Of a stretch of 20,000 nt of DNA, positions 7,222-16,887 are shown one piece after another (positions within the stretch are counted from its first letter, which is position 1; each line of letters begins with the position of its first letter). Origin of the DNA: an uncultured virus (IMG/VR IMGVR_UViG_3300035136_000035). Lineage: Duplodnaviria; Heunggongvirae; Uroviricota; Caudoviricetes. Below the pieces are notes generated by a model. The model was not told the DNA's origin. It searched no databases and saw nothing but the letters and a program-made list of their open reading frames with translations. Location of the stretch: IMG/VR virus record IMGVR_UViG_3300035136_000035. The stretch is one strand, 5' to 3'. Made by a program: the position numbers and the translations under genes.

Positions 7222-7610
7222 GTAAACTAGACATTGAAAATATTGATCCAATTGTAAAAAAAGCATGGGAATTATTAGATGAATTTAATGAAAAGACATT
7301 AATTCCTATGAAAAACAATTTAGAAATTCAATGGAATGAATTACAAAATGGTATGAAAATTGAGAATTATGATATTTCAAAAGCTAGGTATGAAAAGTTT
7401 TATAATATATATCTTAGTTGTAAAGAAGCGTTGGATGATTATATTTCTTTATTAGTATCATTTTATAATATAAAGATTCAAATAGAAAAGAGTAAAATTA
7501 AAGAAAGTGTAGAAAAAGGAAGATTATTACCAAGCCAGATTACAGTTACAAAGTCTATAATAAATCTCATGTATGAATTATTTGATTATTATGAAAGGAA
7601 AAATAAATGA
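7218..7610 (+). CDS. Hypothetical helical protein
   Basis: ORF track; ATGA overlaps on both sides. Confidence 0.7.
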   Translation: MSKLDIENIDPIVKKAWELLDEFNEKTLIPMKNNLEIQWNELQNGMKIENYDISKARYEKFYNIYLSCKEALDDYISLLVSFYNIKIQIEKSKIKESVEKGRLLPSQITVTKSIINLMYELFDYYERKNK

Positions 7611-8791
7611 AAACAGATAATTTAACATTTTATAGGATACCATTACATACTGATGCATGGTATAGATTCAGGACAACAGGCTTAACAAAAGAAGATGCGA
7701 AACAATATAATTGTCCTGTTTTTACAGGAGGTGTCGGATCTTCTGAAATAGCTACAATATTAAGGCATCCACCATCTGAAAAAGCAAGGCCAATTATTCA
7801 AGATTATTATCATTGGAAATTAGGGACTATTATACCAGATAATGAAACAACTGAATTAATGATAGGAGGATTGGAAGATGAAGAAAGGATTAAAAATAGG
7901 TGGAGATGTTATGCTGGCGAAAATGATTTTATTGATAGATATTGGAATTGGTATAATGCACCTCCAAATGAAAAAAGTAAATATATTATCAGGAATGCTA
8001 AACGTATTAATGCTTATATAGTAAATAAAAAATATCCCTGGTTATTTAGTTCATTTGATTTTTGGGCTGAAAAAAATTCTCATTCATTTGACGGAATAAT
8101 TAAACTGGAAGGTTTTCCACTTGAAACAAAAAGTACTTCTTATTTTTATATTAGAAATTTTGAAGATCAATTTCCTGATTCGTTTAACATACAAGTACAT
8201 CAAGAGATGATTATATCTGAATCTGATTATGCAGAAGTAGGATTATTAGTTGATAGGAGGTTCAGGTGTATACCAGTCGAACGAAATGAAAAGCTTTGTA
8301 ATTGGATTCTTGAAAAATCGTATGAATTTTGGCAAACAGTTCTTAAAGGCAGGGAATATCTTGTTGAAAGAAATAAAGCCTTAGAAAAAAATAACATCGA
8401 AGAATTTAATAAATTTCAGGCTTATATAGACAGTTTAGAACCATTACCGGACGACAATCCTGCTTATGAAGATTTGATCAAAGAGAGACACGTTCAAGAT
8501 ATCGAGATGGTAAAAGGAAGTATAGAAGATTACAAGAATGCTAAATTATATGATTCTATTCTTGAATATGAAAAATTACTTGGTTCTAAAAAACAATTTG
8601 CTAAAAATTTATTATTAAAAAAATTAGATGATAATAATGCAGGTCAAATTGATTTTGATAAACTAGGAAAAGTAACACATATAATAGAGGGTAAAAAAAC
8701 AAATCCTACTTTTAGAGTAAGTTTAAAAGAATCAGTAAATAAGAAATCAATAAAAGAAGAATTTGATAAAATTAATTTTAATAAATTATGA
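7607..8791 (+). CDS. YqaJ-like / lambda-exonuclease-family recombination exonuclease
   Basis: TDAWYRFR...GVGSSEIATIL, GLEDE, YPWLFSSFDF, LETKS, IQVHQEM match the PD-(D/E)xK YqaJ pattern. Confidence 0.85.
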   Translation: MKTDNLTFYRIPLHTDAWYRFRTTGLTKEDAKQYNCPVFTGGVGSSEIATILRHPPSEKARPIIQDYYHWKLGTIIPDNETTELMIGGLEDEERIKNRWRCYAGENDFIDRYWNWYNAPPNEKSKYIIRNAKRINAYIVNKKYPWLFSSFDFWAEKNSHSFDGIIKLEGFPLETKSTSYFYIRNFEDQFPDSFNIQVHQEMIISESDYAEVGLLVDRRFRCIPVERNEKLCNWILEKSYEFWQTVLKGREYLVERNKALEKNNIEEFNKFQAYIDSLEPLPDDNPAYEDLIKERHVQDIEMVKGSIEDYKNAKLYDSILEYEKLLGSKKQFAKNLLLKKLDDNNAGQIDFDKLGKVTHIIEGKKTNPTFRVSLKESVNKKSIKEEFDKINFNKL

Positions 8792-9180
8792 AAACAACAT
8801 TAACACAACAAGAATTAAGTAATATAATAAGATTTTTTAGTATGTTTTATGTTACAAATCCAATATTAATTAATGAAAATATTAATATTGATGGATTAGA
8901 AACAAATGGATTTAAATTTATAAAAAATAAACAAATTAAAGGAATTGTTGCTTTTAGTAAAGAATATATTTTAAATGGTTTAGATATATTAATAAAAGAT
9001 TATTTTGAAATAATAGATAAATATTTTGAATTAAACAAATATATCAAATCAAAAAATCAACAAACATTATTTGATGTAACGGATTCTTTTGAAAAAATAA
9101 ATAATATTAAATATTATTCAATTGAAAATAATAATGAAGATATATCATTTGATAATATTATAACAATTGAAATTAAATGA
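8788..9180 (+). CDS. Hypothetical protein
   Basis: ORF track; ATGA overlaps. Confidence 0.65.
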   Translation: MKTTLTQQELSNIIRFFSMFYVTNPILINENINIDGLETNGFKFIKNKQIKGIVAFSKEYILNGLDILIKDYFEIIDKYFELNKYIKSKNQQTLFDVTDSFEKINNIKYYSIENNNEDISFDNIITIEIK

Positions 9181-9425
9181 AAACAAAAGAATTTAAAAAA
9201 TATGAAATAATAGAAGAAATAATATATAATGATGAATATAATGAAAAAGATATAACTATAAAAGTAGAAAAAGGTGAATATCGTCTATTTGATTTTATAG
9301 TATTAAATAATGGACTTTCTACTGCTATTAAATCTATAAATTATAATAAAGAATATAATGATGTTACAATTTATAATCCATTTTGTTGCAATTTTATAAA
9401 TTTTAGTTGTTTTATTGTAATGTAA
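9177..9425 (+). CDS. Hypothetical protein
   Basis: ORF track; ATGA overlap. Confidence 0.6.
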   Translation: MKTKEFKKYEIIEEIIYNDEYNEKDITIKVEKGEYRLFDFIVLNNGLSTAIKSINYNKEYNDVTIYNPFCCNFINFSCFIVM

Positions 9426-9440
9426 TTTTTTTTATAAAAT

Positions 9441-9677
9441 ATGAAAAAAAGAGAAGTTAAATATAGATCAATGAATAATCCTGATATTGAAAAAGAAGGA
9501 TATTTTGAATATTGGGGGCAACAGGACCAGGTTTTATTAAACGAAAAAAGAGAACCATTTGGGATACAAAGAAATTTAGTAGGAGTAGTAATAGATAAAG
9601 AAACTGGAGAATCTATAATTACTTTAGTTCAAAATATAAAATTTATTGATTATGCTAAGAAAAGAACTCATAGATGA
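9441..9677 (+). CDS. Hypothetical protein
   Basis: ORF track; co-oriented within the operon. Confidence 0.65.
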   Translation: MKKREVKYRSMNNPDIEKEGYFEYWGQQDQVLLNEKREPFGIQRNLVGVVIDKETGESIITLVQNIKFIDYAKKRTHR

Positions 9678-9939
9678 ATACAGGAAAGAAAATGGGTTTG
9701 AAATATTAAGAGAATCTGATTATCCTTCATATATTAAATATGGAAAAGAAACAAAGATGTTTCGATATTTAATAGTCATTTGGTTATATAACGAGATGAT
9801 TCTAGTGAGTTGTACTTCTAAGATTAAAATAAAAGATAATGAATTTGTGAATACAAAAGCTATAAAGAAAAAACCTTCATATGAAGAAATAGAATTATGT
9901 TTTACATTTCCATTTAAAGCAAAATCATTTTTAATATAA
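9646..9939 (+). CDS. Hypothetical protein
   Basis: ORF track; co-oriented within the operon. Confidence 0.6.
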   Translation: MIMLRKELIDEYRKENGFEILRESDYPSYIKYGKETKMFRYLIVIWLYNEMILVSCTSKIKIKDNEFVNTKAIKKKPSYEEIELCFTFPFKAKSFLI

Positions 9940-9943
9940 AATT

Positions 9944-10105
9944 ATGGATGAAAAATTAAATGAAATATTAGATATTCTTCATGGATATCCTAAAGAAGAA
10001 GCAATTGATATATTAAAAAAAGCTATAAAATATGTTAATGAATATCATTATAGTGCTTTTTTAGTAGAAAATGGAGAAACAAAACCAATATTTAATATTA
10101 AATAA
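9944..10105 (+). CDS. Small hypothetical protein (53 aa, MDEKLNEILDILHGYP...)
   Basis: Hand-translated; fills the gap between neighbouring ORFs; aaaattATG start. Confidence 0.65.
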   Translation: MDEKLNEILDILHGYPKEEAIDILKKAIKYVNEYHYSAFLVENGETKPIFNIK

Positions 10106-10118
10106 ATTTTAAAAAGTT

Positions 10119-10568
10119 ATGTATAAAGAAAAAATAATCTTAACAATTTTAGGAGACCCAAAAGCACAAAAAAGACATCGACATTTTTCTAAAAAATTTA
10201 ATAATGGAAAAGAATTTTCTGGTACTTATGATCCAAGTGCTAAAGAAAAAAAAGATTTTTTATTAACTGTTTTAAATAACAAACCGGAAAAACCATTTGA
10301 ATGTCCTATTTGTATAAAATTTTATTTTCATTTTTCCAGACCAAAAAATCATTATGGAACAGGAAAAAATTCTAATAAATTAAAATCAAATGCACCTTCT
10401 CTTTGTTCAAAAAAACCAGATTATGATAATTTATTAAAATTCGTAACAGATGCTTTAAATAAAATATATTTTAAAGATGATGCACAAGTATGTACTGGTA
10501 GTTTTTATAAATATTATAGTGAGAATCCAAGAACTGAAATAATAATAATTCCTTTATATGAAAGATAA
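10119..10568 (+). CDS. rusA: RusA-family Holliday junction resolvase
   Basis: GDPKAQKRHR N-terminus and KKPDYDNLLKFVTDALNKIYFKDDAQV catalytic motif. Confidence 0.92.
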   Translation: MYKEKIILTILGDPKAQKRHRHFSKKFNNGKEFSGTYDPSAKEKKDFLLTVLNNKPEKPFECPICIKFYFHFSRPKNHYGTGKNSNKLKSNAPSLCSKKPDYDNLLKFVTDALNKIYFKDDAQVCTGSFYKYYSENPRTEIIIIPLYER

Positions 10569-10848
10569 ACATGAATTAAATGAAGAAACTGCTTTATGGA
10601 ATGCATTTCGAGAAGAAGGAAGAAAAAGAACTATAAAAAAACAAAATGATGCTAAAGAATTATGTGAGTTATTATGTGGAGATTTAGGGATAGATTTTAA
10701 ATTAATACATCTTTGGCATTTCAGATTATCTCAAAATGGATTTCAGATTGATATATTTCCAACCAGACAACGGTATCATATAATTAACTCAAATCAAAGA
10801 GGAAGATATAAAGATTTACAAGGATTTATTTACTCTAAATTTAAATAG
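10558..10848 (+). CDS. Hypothetical protein
   Basis: ORF track; overlaps the rusA stop. Confidence 0.7.
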   Translation: MKDKHELNEETALWNAFREEGRKRTIKKQNDAKELCELLCGDLGIDFKLIHLWHFRLSQNGFQIDIFPTRQRYHIINSNQRGRYKDLQGFIYSKFK

Positions 10849-10849
10849 G

Positions 10850-11173
10850 ATGAAAAAAACAATTTTATTATCAGTATTACTTTTTACAAGTATTTTTATT
10901 TATGCTCAATATCCTGTAATACATATAGGAATAGTTGATAGCATTCGTCAAGTAAAACTTGACAGTATATGTCAAATAAGGGGACATGTAATAACTAGTT
11001 ATTGTACAAGTATGGAAGCAAATTGTCCTCCATATTATTTAGATTATCCAGACAGTACGGTAATGGTAATTCCTAATTGTAACAAGACAGAATGTATATG
11101 TCAGAGATGCGGGAGAAGTATATTACTACCTGCTAAAGAAAAACGATATACTATTTGGAGAAAAGAAGAATAA
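10850..11173 (+). CDS. Putative exported cysteine-rich protein
   Basis: MKKTILLSVLLFTSIFIYAQ looks like a Bacteroidetes signal peptide ending A|Q; 7 Cys including CICQRCG. Confidence 0.6.
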   Translation: MKKTILLSVLLFTSIFIYAQYPVIHIGIVDSIRQVKLDSICQIRGHVITSYCTSMEANCPPYYLDYPDSTVMVIPNCNKTECICQRCGRSILLPAKEKRYTIWRKEE

Positions 11174-11191
11174 TTTAATTTTAAAAAAATC

Positions 11192-11365
11192 ATGGAAATT
11201 ATACTATGGATTTTATTTGGATATTTAGTACAAGCTGTTATTTGTGCTATAATTAATATTTTAGTAGCTACAAGAATACCTAGAAGTGGTATTGATTTTT
11301 TAAGGTTAACATTTTTGCCTTGGTTATTATTGCACTTAGATGAAGTTAAACTAAAAAAATTATAA
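11192..11365 (+). CDS. Small membrane protein (57 aa, MEIILWILFGYLVQAVICAIINILVA...)
   Basis: Hand-translated; fills the gap; hydrophobic. Confidence 0.6.
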   Translation: MEIILWILFGYLVQAVICAIINILVATRIPRSGIDFLRLTFLPWLLLHLDEVKLKKL

Positions 11366-11366
11366 T

Positions 11367-11672
11367 ATGAACAAAGAAACTAAAAAATTAGAACAAGAAC
11401 CTGCATTTCCTTGTTTAGAATATAATGAACCTGGATATGGTGATGCTATAATTATTACTATAAATGGTGAAAAAAATATAATTCCATTTAAAGAAGGAAT
11501 GTCAAAAAGATTTTATGCAGCTTGTAAGGCTATGCAAGGAATATTATCAAATTCTGAAGCGTATAAAGTTATAACAGAAGATGCTGATAATCAAAATAAA
11601 TGTTGGGGCGAAATGATAATAAAACAATCGTATCAATTTGCAGATGAACTTTTAAAACAGGAAAACGAATAA
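11367..11672 (+). CDS. Conserved phage hypothetical protein
   Basis: PAFP...GMSKRFYAACKAMQGIL...SYQFADELL matches a widespread phage motif (PAFP..GMxLRDYFAAKAMQG..AYxxADAML). Confidence 0.75.
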   Translation: MNKETKKLEQEPAFPCLEYNEPGYGDAIIITINGEKNIIPFKEGMSKRFYAACKAMQGILSNSEAYKVITEDADNQNKCWGEMIIKQSYQFADELLKQENE

Positions 11673-11674
11673 TA

Positions 11675-11875
11675 ATGGAAAAGATATCTAAAAATTTATA
11701 TAAAGGAGAACTTATAACAAATCCAATGGATATTAAAAGACTTGTAGAAGAAAAACGAAGCGTATACATTGAACCTCATTTAGGAGTATGTCCTGCTGCT
11801 GTAATATTACATTGGCAGTTTGCTATAATTTATAGAATGATTTTAAATAATCAATTATATTATACTTATAAATGA
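11675..11875 (+). CDS. Hypothetical protein
   Basis: ORF track; ATGA overlap with the next gene. Confidence 0.65.
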   Translation: MEKISKNLYKGELITNPMDIKRLVEEKRSVYIEPHLGVCPAAVILHWQFAIIYRMILNNQLYYTYK

Positions 11876-12174
11876 ATGATATTAAAGAAATAATATATCA
11901 TCAAACGCCTAAATTATATGAGCGATATAAAAGACGAATTGTATTTGTATATAACAATATGGATTTATTATTAAAATTAGATAAACTTAGAAAAGAAAAA
12001 AAATGGGCGGCTTTTACTTTAAAAAATCCTTTAATAAAAAAAATCGCAAATAAAGCTAGACAATATATTGGTTATTCAAATAAAACATATGATGCTGATA
12101 TATGTTGGACATTATATATGATGGCTTTAGATTTACATAGAGAAAATATTAAATATCAACTTATAAACAATTAA
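11872..12174 (+). CDS. Hypothetical protein
   Basis: ORF track. Confidence 0.65.
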   Translation: MNDIKEIIYHQTPKLYERYKRRIVFVYNNMDLLLKLDKLRKEKKWAAFTLKNPLIKKIANKARQYIGYSNKTYDADICWTLYMMALDLHRENIKYQLINN

Positions 12175-12178
12175 AACA

Positions 12179-12529
12179 ATGGAAATAAAAACAGAATATT
12201 TTTCTTTAAATAAATTTGATATAATAACTATACCAAAATCTTCTGTTTTTATAGTAATTAAAAAATCAGATGAATTTAATCTTACAATAATTCCTTATAA
12301 AAATTTTAGATTTAAATGGATGTATTATATATATTGGTTTTTTATAAATATAAAAGAAATAATCAATAATTATATTACATGTATTAAATGTATTTTCAAT
12401 GATATTAGATATAAATTATTCAGAAAAAAAATTCAGAATAAGTTTAAATCTATACTAATAGATATTGAAAAATCATTTAAACAATATATTTTAAACGAAG
12501 TATTTAAAAATAATAACAAATTAAATTAA
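12179..12529 (+). CDS. Hypothetical protein
   Basis: ORF track. Confidence 0.6.
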   Translation: MEIKTEYFSLNKFDIITIPKSSVFIVIKKSDEFNLTIIPYKNFRFKWMYYIYWFFINIKEIINNYITCIKCIFNDIRYKLFRKKIQNKFKSILIDIEKSFKQYILNEVFKNNNKLN

Positions 12530-12535
12530 TAAATT

Positions 12536-13789
12536 ATGGAAAATACAACATCATTAGTAAAAAAAACAAGTAATGCACCTGCATTTTTAGAAGATTCATT
12601 TCAAACACTTGAAAAAGCATTAAATTATGCTAATTTATTATTAGAAAGTAAACTTGTTCCTGATCATTTTTATGAAAAAGGAAATGATAATAAACCTGAT
12701 TATACAAAAGGAAAACCAGGTGCATTATTAATGGTAATGCAACATGGTATGGAATTAGGATTTACTCCAACACAATCATTACAACAAGTAGTTCCTATAA
12801 ACGGATTATTAACAGTAAAAGGAGATGGATGTAAAAGTAAAATACTTCATTCTGGATTTTGCGAATTATGGAAAGAAGAAGAAACAGGTTCTATTGAAAA
12901 AGAAGATTATTCTATAAAAATAACTTCAAAAAGAAAAGATACAGGAGAACAAATAAGCCGTATATTTAGTGTTGATTTGGCTAAAAGGGCTGGATTATGG
13001 ATAACTAAAGAAAGATTATCAGGGCAAAATGGTTATAAATGGAAATTAAGTGCATGGTATAAATTTCCTGATCGTATGATTAGATATCGGGCATTAGGAT
13101 TTATAGCTAGAGATTTATATCCAGATGTATTACAAGGATCCTATATGTTTGAAGAAGTAAGAGATAATCCTGATGAAATGTCAACTACTATAACCACTTC
13201 TGATGGAAATATAATTCAATTACCTGAATCTAAAACAGAACATTTAAAACAAATATCAGATAATAAAAGTTCTTCAATTGTAGAAGATTTGGAAAAGAAA
13301 GATGAATTAATAAATTCTCAAAAAGAAAATCAGAATAAAAAAGAAATCAAAGAAGATAAACCTAAAAGAAGGGGAAGGCCAAAAAAAGACGAATCAATAG
13401 AAAATAAAGCCGTAGACGAAAAAAAACAAGAAGTGGATACAATTACTAATGAAGAAAAAAAAGATGAACCAGTGCAGTCTGAATTATCCACAGACAATAA
13501 ATTATTAGGTAAATATGGTAATCAAGGGGAAGTCTTTGTTAAAAATCGTATAGAAGTTATTAAAGAAAAATTAGCAAACATATTACCTTTACAGGAAAAT
13601 GGAGAAAGGGGATTTAGTGAAGTAAATGATTTATATTTTACCTTAACAGAAGATTTAGGAATTTCAGAAGAAAAATTTTCAAATATAAAAGTTGAGGTTC
13701 TTGAATTTGATCAATTCACTACATTAGAAGATATATGTTTTAAAGGAACAGAAGAACAGATATTGAAATTAATTGAAAAAGCTAAATAA
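12536..13789 (+). CDS. RecT-like single-strand annealing protein with a long charged C-terminal extension
   Basis: GMELGFTPTQSLQQVVPING, FSVDLAKRAGLW, AWYKFPDRMIRYRALGFIARDLYPDVLQG..EE; same operon as the YqaJ exonuclease. Confidence 0.8.
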   Translation: MENTTSLVKKTSNAPAFLEDSFQTLEKALNYANLLLESKLVPDHFYEKGNDNKPDYTKGKPGALLMVMQHGMELGFTPTQSLQQVVPINGLLTVKGDGCKSKILHSGFCELWKEEETGSIEKEDYSIKITSKRKDTGEQISRIFSVDLAKRAGLWITKERLSGQNGYKWKLSAWYKFPDRMIRYRALGFIARDLYPDVLQGSYMFEEVRDNPDEMSTTITTSDGNIIQLPESKTEHLKQISDNKSSSIVEDLEKKDELINSQKENQNKKEIKEDKPKRRGRPKKDESIENKAVDEKKQEVDTITNEEKKDEPVQSELSTDNKLLGKYGNQGEVFVKNRIEVIKEKLANILPLQENGERGFSEVNDLYFTLTEDLGISEEKFSNIKVEVLEFDQFTTLEDICFKGTEEQILKLIEKAK

Positions 13790-13947
13790 TGATATTCAGT
13801 AAAAGACTTAAATTAGAAAAAGAATATTTTGAATGGATAAAAGGAACGCAAATAAAAGATTGTCCATTTAATGTAATATCATTTTTAGATATAAAAGGAT
13901 ATTTAATAAATAAACCAAAACATGAAAACGATATTCATACATGGTAA
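13789..13947 (+). CDS. Small hypothetical protein (52 aa, MIFSKRLKLEKEYFEW...)
   Basis: Hand-translated; TAATG overlap with the RecT-like stop. Confidence 0.55.
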   Translation: MIFSKRLKLEKEYFEWIKGTQIKDCPFNVISFLDIKGYLINKPKHENDIHTW

Positions 13948-14197
13948 AACAAAATCAGGGCGCCGGTTTACAATAGCCGGTGTTCCTGATAAAGATAAAT
14001 TAAAGATAGGATTAGCAATATGCAATCCAAAAGACCAGTTTTGTAAAAAGATAGGAAGAAGTATTTCAGAAGGAAGGGCTAAAAATAAAACTTATTATTT
14101 TGAACTTTCTAATGATTTTAAAGAAAATATTCAAATAGTTAGATATTTTTCAGAAGTAATAATAAGAGAATGGAATTATCCATATAAAAAACGATAA
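13922..14197 (+). CDS. Conserved phage hypothetical protein
   Basis: GLAICNPKDQFCKKIGRSISEGRA matches a common phage GxAxCxPxDxFxKxxGRxIA motif. Confidence 0.7.
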   Translation: MKTIFIHGKTKSGRRFTIAGVPDKDKLKIGLAICNPKDQFCKKIGRSISEGRAKNKTYYFELSNDFKENIQIVRYFSEVIIREWNYPYKKR

Positions 14198-14198
14198 T

Positions 14199-14393
14199 AT
14201 GAAAAAAGTAATGCAAATAATGAAAACGGAAGCGCACGGGTACAACAAATATTTAACAGACAAATATTTGAATAATCTTACTATTGAAGAATTAAGATGT
14301 TTCGTACATCCACTTTCAAAGGAATACTACGACAAGATAATCAAAGAAATTGAACGACAAAAATCTAAACAAAATGAAACCAAGAAAATTTAA
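14199..14393 (+). CDS. Hypothetical protein
   Basis: ORF track. Confidence 0.6.
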   Translation: MKKVMQIMKTEAHGYNKYLTDKYLNNLTIEELRCFVHPLSKEYYDKIIKEIERQKSKQNETKKI

Positions 14394-14862
14394 ACTTATT
14401 AAAAAGTATCCGAAAGCAATTGAATTAAATATTGATCTTATTGTTGAATGGGATGAAAAAAAACTTTTTTATATTGCATTAATAAATAATAGTATTTGTT
14501 TTTTCCCTAAAGAAGAAATAGAAAACTATCATGGATTTTGGCAGGAAATAAAAGAAGAACCTGTTTTAATTACGGAAGATGGGGAAAAATTGTTTGAAGG
14601 TGATGAATATTGGTTTATAGATGAAGAATTTATAGCTTATCCAAATATAGTAGAAGATGGATGCGGAAAACGAAAAGATTACAAATATTTTTCAACCAAA
14701 GAATCAGCCAAAAAGTGGATAGAAGAAAACAAGCCTAAATGGAGTGATAAGGATATGATTGAATTTGCCGAAAAATGGGAATATGATAAACATCTATTAT
14801 GTTATGATATTAAAAAAGCATTAAAAACAAAAGAATATGCTAAAAAAGAAAAAACAGATTAA
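14374..14862 (+). CDS. Phage hypothetical protein (ATG 14374 preferred over TTG 14350)
   Basis: ORF track; MKPRKFKLIKKYP...LITEDGEKLFEGD. Confidence 0.65.
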   Translation: MKPRKFKLIKKYPKAIELNIDLIVEWDEKKLFYIALINNSICFFPKEEIENYHGFWQEIKEEPVLITEDGEKLFEGDEYWFIDEEFIAYPNIVEDGCGKRKDYKYFSTKESAKKWIEENKPKWSDKDMIEFAEKWEYDKHLLCYDIKKALKTKEYAKKEKTD

Positions 14863-15217
14863 ACAAGACGGTAAAGTATTATCTCAAAAAAAAGCGTTTT
14901 ATGAAGCATTTATATATTGGAAAGGAAACAATTTTCTTACTGGTAAAAAAACATTATTAGAATATTTAACTAATTCTAATTTTGCTCATGTTTTACCCAA
15001 AGGACAATTCAGATATTTTAAATATTACCCTAAAAATATAGTAATATTAACATTAGATCAACATACTTTATTTGATAATTTTACAGGTGAAAAATTTAAA
15101 ATCAGAGAAAAAGAACATCCAGAAGAAAATTGGGATAAATTATTTAACTTAGTAATTGAATTACAACAAGAATATGCTGTTTGGATTAAAGAAAATTCTC
15201 ATACCTATAAATTATAA
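14837..15217 (+). CDS. HNH-like nuclease-fold protein
   Basis: FAHVLPKG...KNIVILTLDQHTLFD gives H-N-H spacing; the zinc-binding cysteines are absent. Confidence 0.5.
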   Translation: MLKKKKQIKQDGKVLSQKKAFYEAFIYWKGNNFLTGKKTLLEYLTNSNFAHVLPKGQFRYFKYYPKNIVILTLDQHTLFDNFTGEKFKIREKEHPEENWDKLFNLVIELQQEYAVWIKENSHTYKL

Positions 15218-15391
15218 ATGGAAAGATTATTTCAAATAAATATAGGATATGCTTGTTTTGGTATAATAAGCGAAAATGATAAAATAATTCAAACAGCCCC
15301 AATAGGAAGATGGATGATAGGAAAAAGTCTTCAAGAAATAAAGCCTTATCTCAAAAGCAAAAAAGCTAAAGTAATTGAAATAAAAAGATGA
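15218..15391 (+). CDS. Small hypothetical protein (57 aa, MERLFQINIGYACFGII...APIGRWMIGK...)
   Basis: Hand-translated; abuts the upstream stop and has an ATGA overlap downstream. Confidence 0.7.
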   Translation: MERLFQINIGYACFGIISENDKIIQTAPIGRWMIGKSLQEIKPYLKSKKAKVIEIKR

Positions 15392-15813
15392 CATTAAATT
15401 TTACAACAAAAGATAAATTATTACAACGAGCTAATTCTTTGGAATTTTTTAAAAAAGATTTAACCCAATTATATACTCCAGAAGAATATTCAGAAATAAA
15501 AGGAGGAGGTTTAGTTAATTGGATAAATGCAAATGAAAAATATTATTTAGAAAAAGCTATTATAGATAAAATAAAAATAATACACGAAGTAATAAATAAA
15601 CATGGAAATGATTCAATAAATAAATATAAAGAAATTACTGAATATCCAGATAAAAGTCATCCTGCATATTATGCATTTCAAATATTAAAAAATTTTGGAA
15701 TAGATTGGGTAGATGAATTGTTTATTCCAATGTCAAAAAAAGAATTTAATATTTATCTTGAAATATATAATGAAGTTTTTTCAAAGTATTTAAATAAAAA
15801 AGCCCGGCATTAA
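15388..15813 (+). CDS. Hypothetical protein
   Basis: ORF track; last gene of the rightward operon. Confidence 0.7.
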   Translation: MTLNFTTKDKLLQRANSLEFFKKDLTQLYTPEEYSEIKGGGLVNWINANEKYYLEKAIIDKIKIIHEVINKHGNDSINKYKEITEYPDKSHPAYYAFQILKNFGIDWVDELFIPMSKKEFNIYLEIYNEVFSKYLNKKARH

Positions 15814-15828
15814 CCGGGCTTAATTTTT
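15796..15828. terminator. Bidirectional rho-independent terminator
   Basis: Stem AAGCCCGG (15800-15807) / CCGGGCTT (15814-15821) with an A run on the left and a T-rich run on the right, between convergent stop codons. Confidence 0.85.
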
Positions 15829-16273
15829 AACTAAATTCTAATCCAACTTTATTTTTAATAGCTTCTGTTGCTCCTTCTATAAATTGTTTTGTTTTTTTAT
15901 AAAATTCAGTTTCTTTTTCATCTTCATTTAACAGTTTTTTAAGTTCAGGAACAATTTTTTTAATATTCATTAAACTTAAATTTCCATCACAATCTGAATG
16001 ATTTAGTAATTTATGTAAAGGATTAGGTTTAAATGATCTCCATTTTAATGGTAGTATTTTTTGAAATTCTCTAATAAGAATCATTTCAACCTCATCTCCT
16101 TTTGGATATAAACTATTAAGTAAAGAGAACATATTATGTGTTTCATTAGAATAAAAACCTTCCATTAAATCTAATGGTATTCCTATTCTTTTTGCCAATT
16201 CTTTTCTATATCTATGAAATGATGAATAAGCTCCTTCAAAAGCATCATAACTAATATATAATCCCATAATCAA
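15827..16273 (-). CDS. Hypothetical protein
   Basis: ORF track; contains LLNHSDCDG; ends at the terminator. Confidence 0.75.
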   Translation of the reverse strand: MIMGLYISYDAFEGAYSSFHRYRKELAKRIGIPLDLMEGFYSNETHNMFSLLNSLYPKGDEVEMILIREFQKILPLKWRSFKPNPLHKLLNHSDCDGNLSLMNIKKIVPELKKLLNEDEKETEFYKKTKQFIEGATEAIKNKVGLEFS

Positions 16274-16551
16274 AATATTTTACGAATATTCTTGGAAAAT
16301 TTAAATACTAATTCACGATGTTCAGGAATAGTTACATTTTGCCTGGTAGAAATATTCCTGGCAAGTTTTTCTTTCCTTACAACAACTGTGAATTTACCAA
16401 AATTCCTGATTTCAATACTTCTGCCTTCTTTTAATATTTTAGGCACAATAGTAAAAAATCTTTCTAATACTTTTTGTGTTTCTTCTTTTTTTACACCAGT
16501 AATGTTACTGATGACGTCTGTTAATTCTTGTTTTGTTACGTTTTTTTTCAT
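16270..16551 (-). CDS. HU/IHF-family histone-like DNA-binding protein
   Basis: TKQELTDVIS...GRSIEIRNFGKF...RKEKLARNIST...IPEHRELVFKFS. Confidence 0.92.
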   Translation of the reverse strand: MKKNVTKQELTDVISNITGVKKEETQKVLERFFTIVPKILKEGRSIEIRNFGKFTVVVRKEKLARNISTRQNVTIPEHRELVFKFSKNIRKIF

Positions 16552-16571
16552 TGGTTAAATGGTTTAAAAAT

Positions 16572-16874
16572 TTAATCTACAACATTTCTAATTACATCTT
16601 CAAAAGGATCGTATTCTATTTGTTGGATTACTTCATAAGTTTCTCCTTTCTTCAATTCAATATCTGCATGCTCTTTTGTCCATCGCTCTATCCCTTCTTC
16701 TATAAAAGGCTTTTCAAGTAAATGCTTAATAGCGCAATTCTCTCCTGCTTTAATTATTACTTTTTCTTCTTCACGGATGATTTCACATTCTCCTGTTATG
16801 ATGTGTGAATGTCCGCTGACTTCACCACGTGCAATTACACGATTTCCTCTGTTTTGTTTTGTTTCTTTTTTCAT
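16572..16874 (-). CDS. Small His-motif partner protein of the DUF6745-like gene
   Basis: ARGEVSGHSHII...IKH...EHADIEL..GETYEVIQQIEYDP...VVD is the pattern I recall next to DUF6745 genes. Confidence 0.65.
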   Translation of the reverse strand: MKKETKQNRGNRVIARGEVSGHSHIITGECEIIREEEKVIIKAGENCAIKHLLEKPFIEEGIERWTKEHADIELKKGETYEVIQQIEYDPFEDVIRNVVD

Positions 16875-16887
16875 TTTAATTTAATTT

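Noticed and set aside
11569..11769. Minus-strand 66-aa ORF
   Set aside because: Antisense to two tightly packed plus-strand genes.
16292..16721. Plus-strand ORFs 16292-16558 and 16533-16721
   Set aside because: Antisense shadows of the HU gene and the His-motif partner gene.
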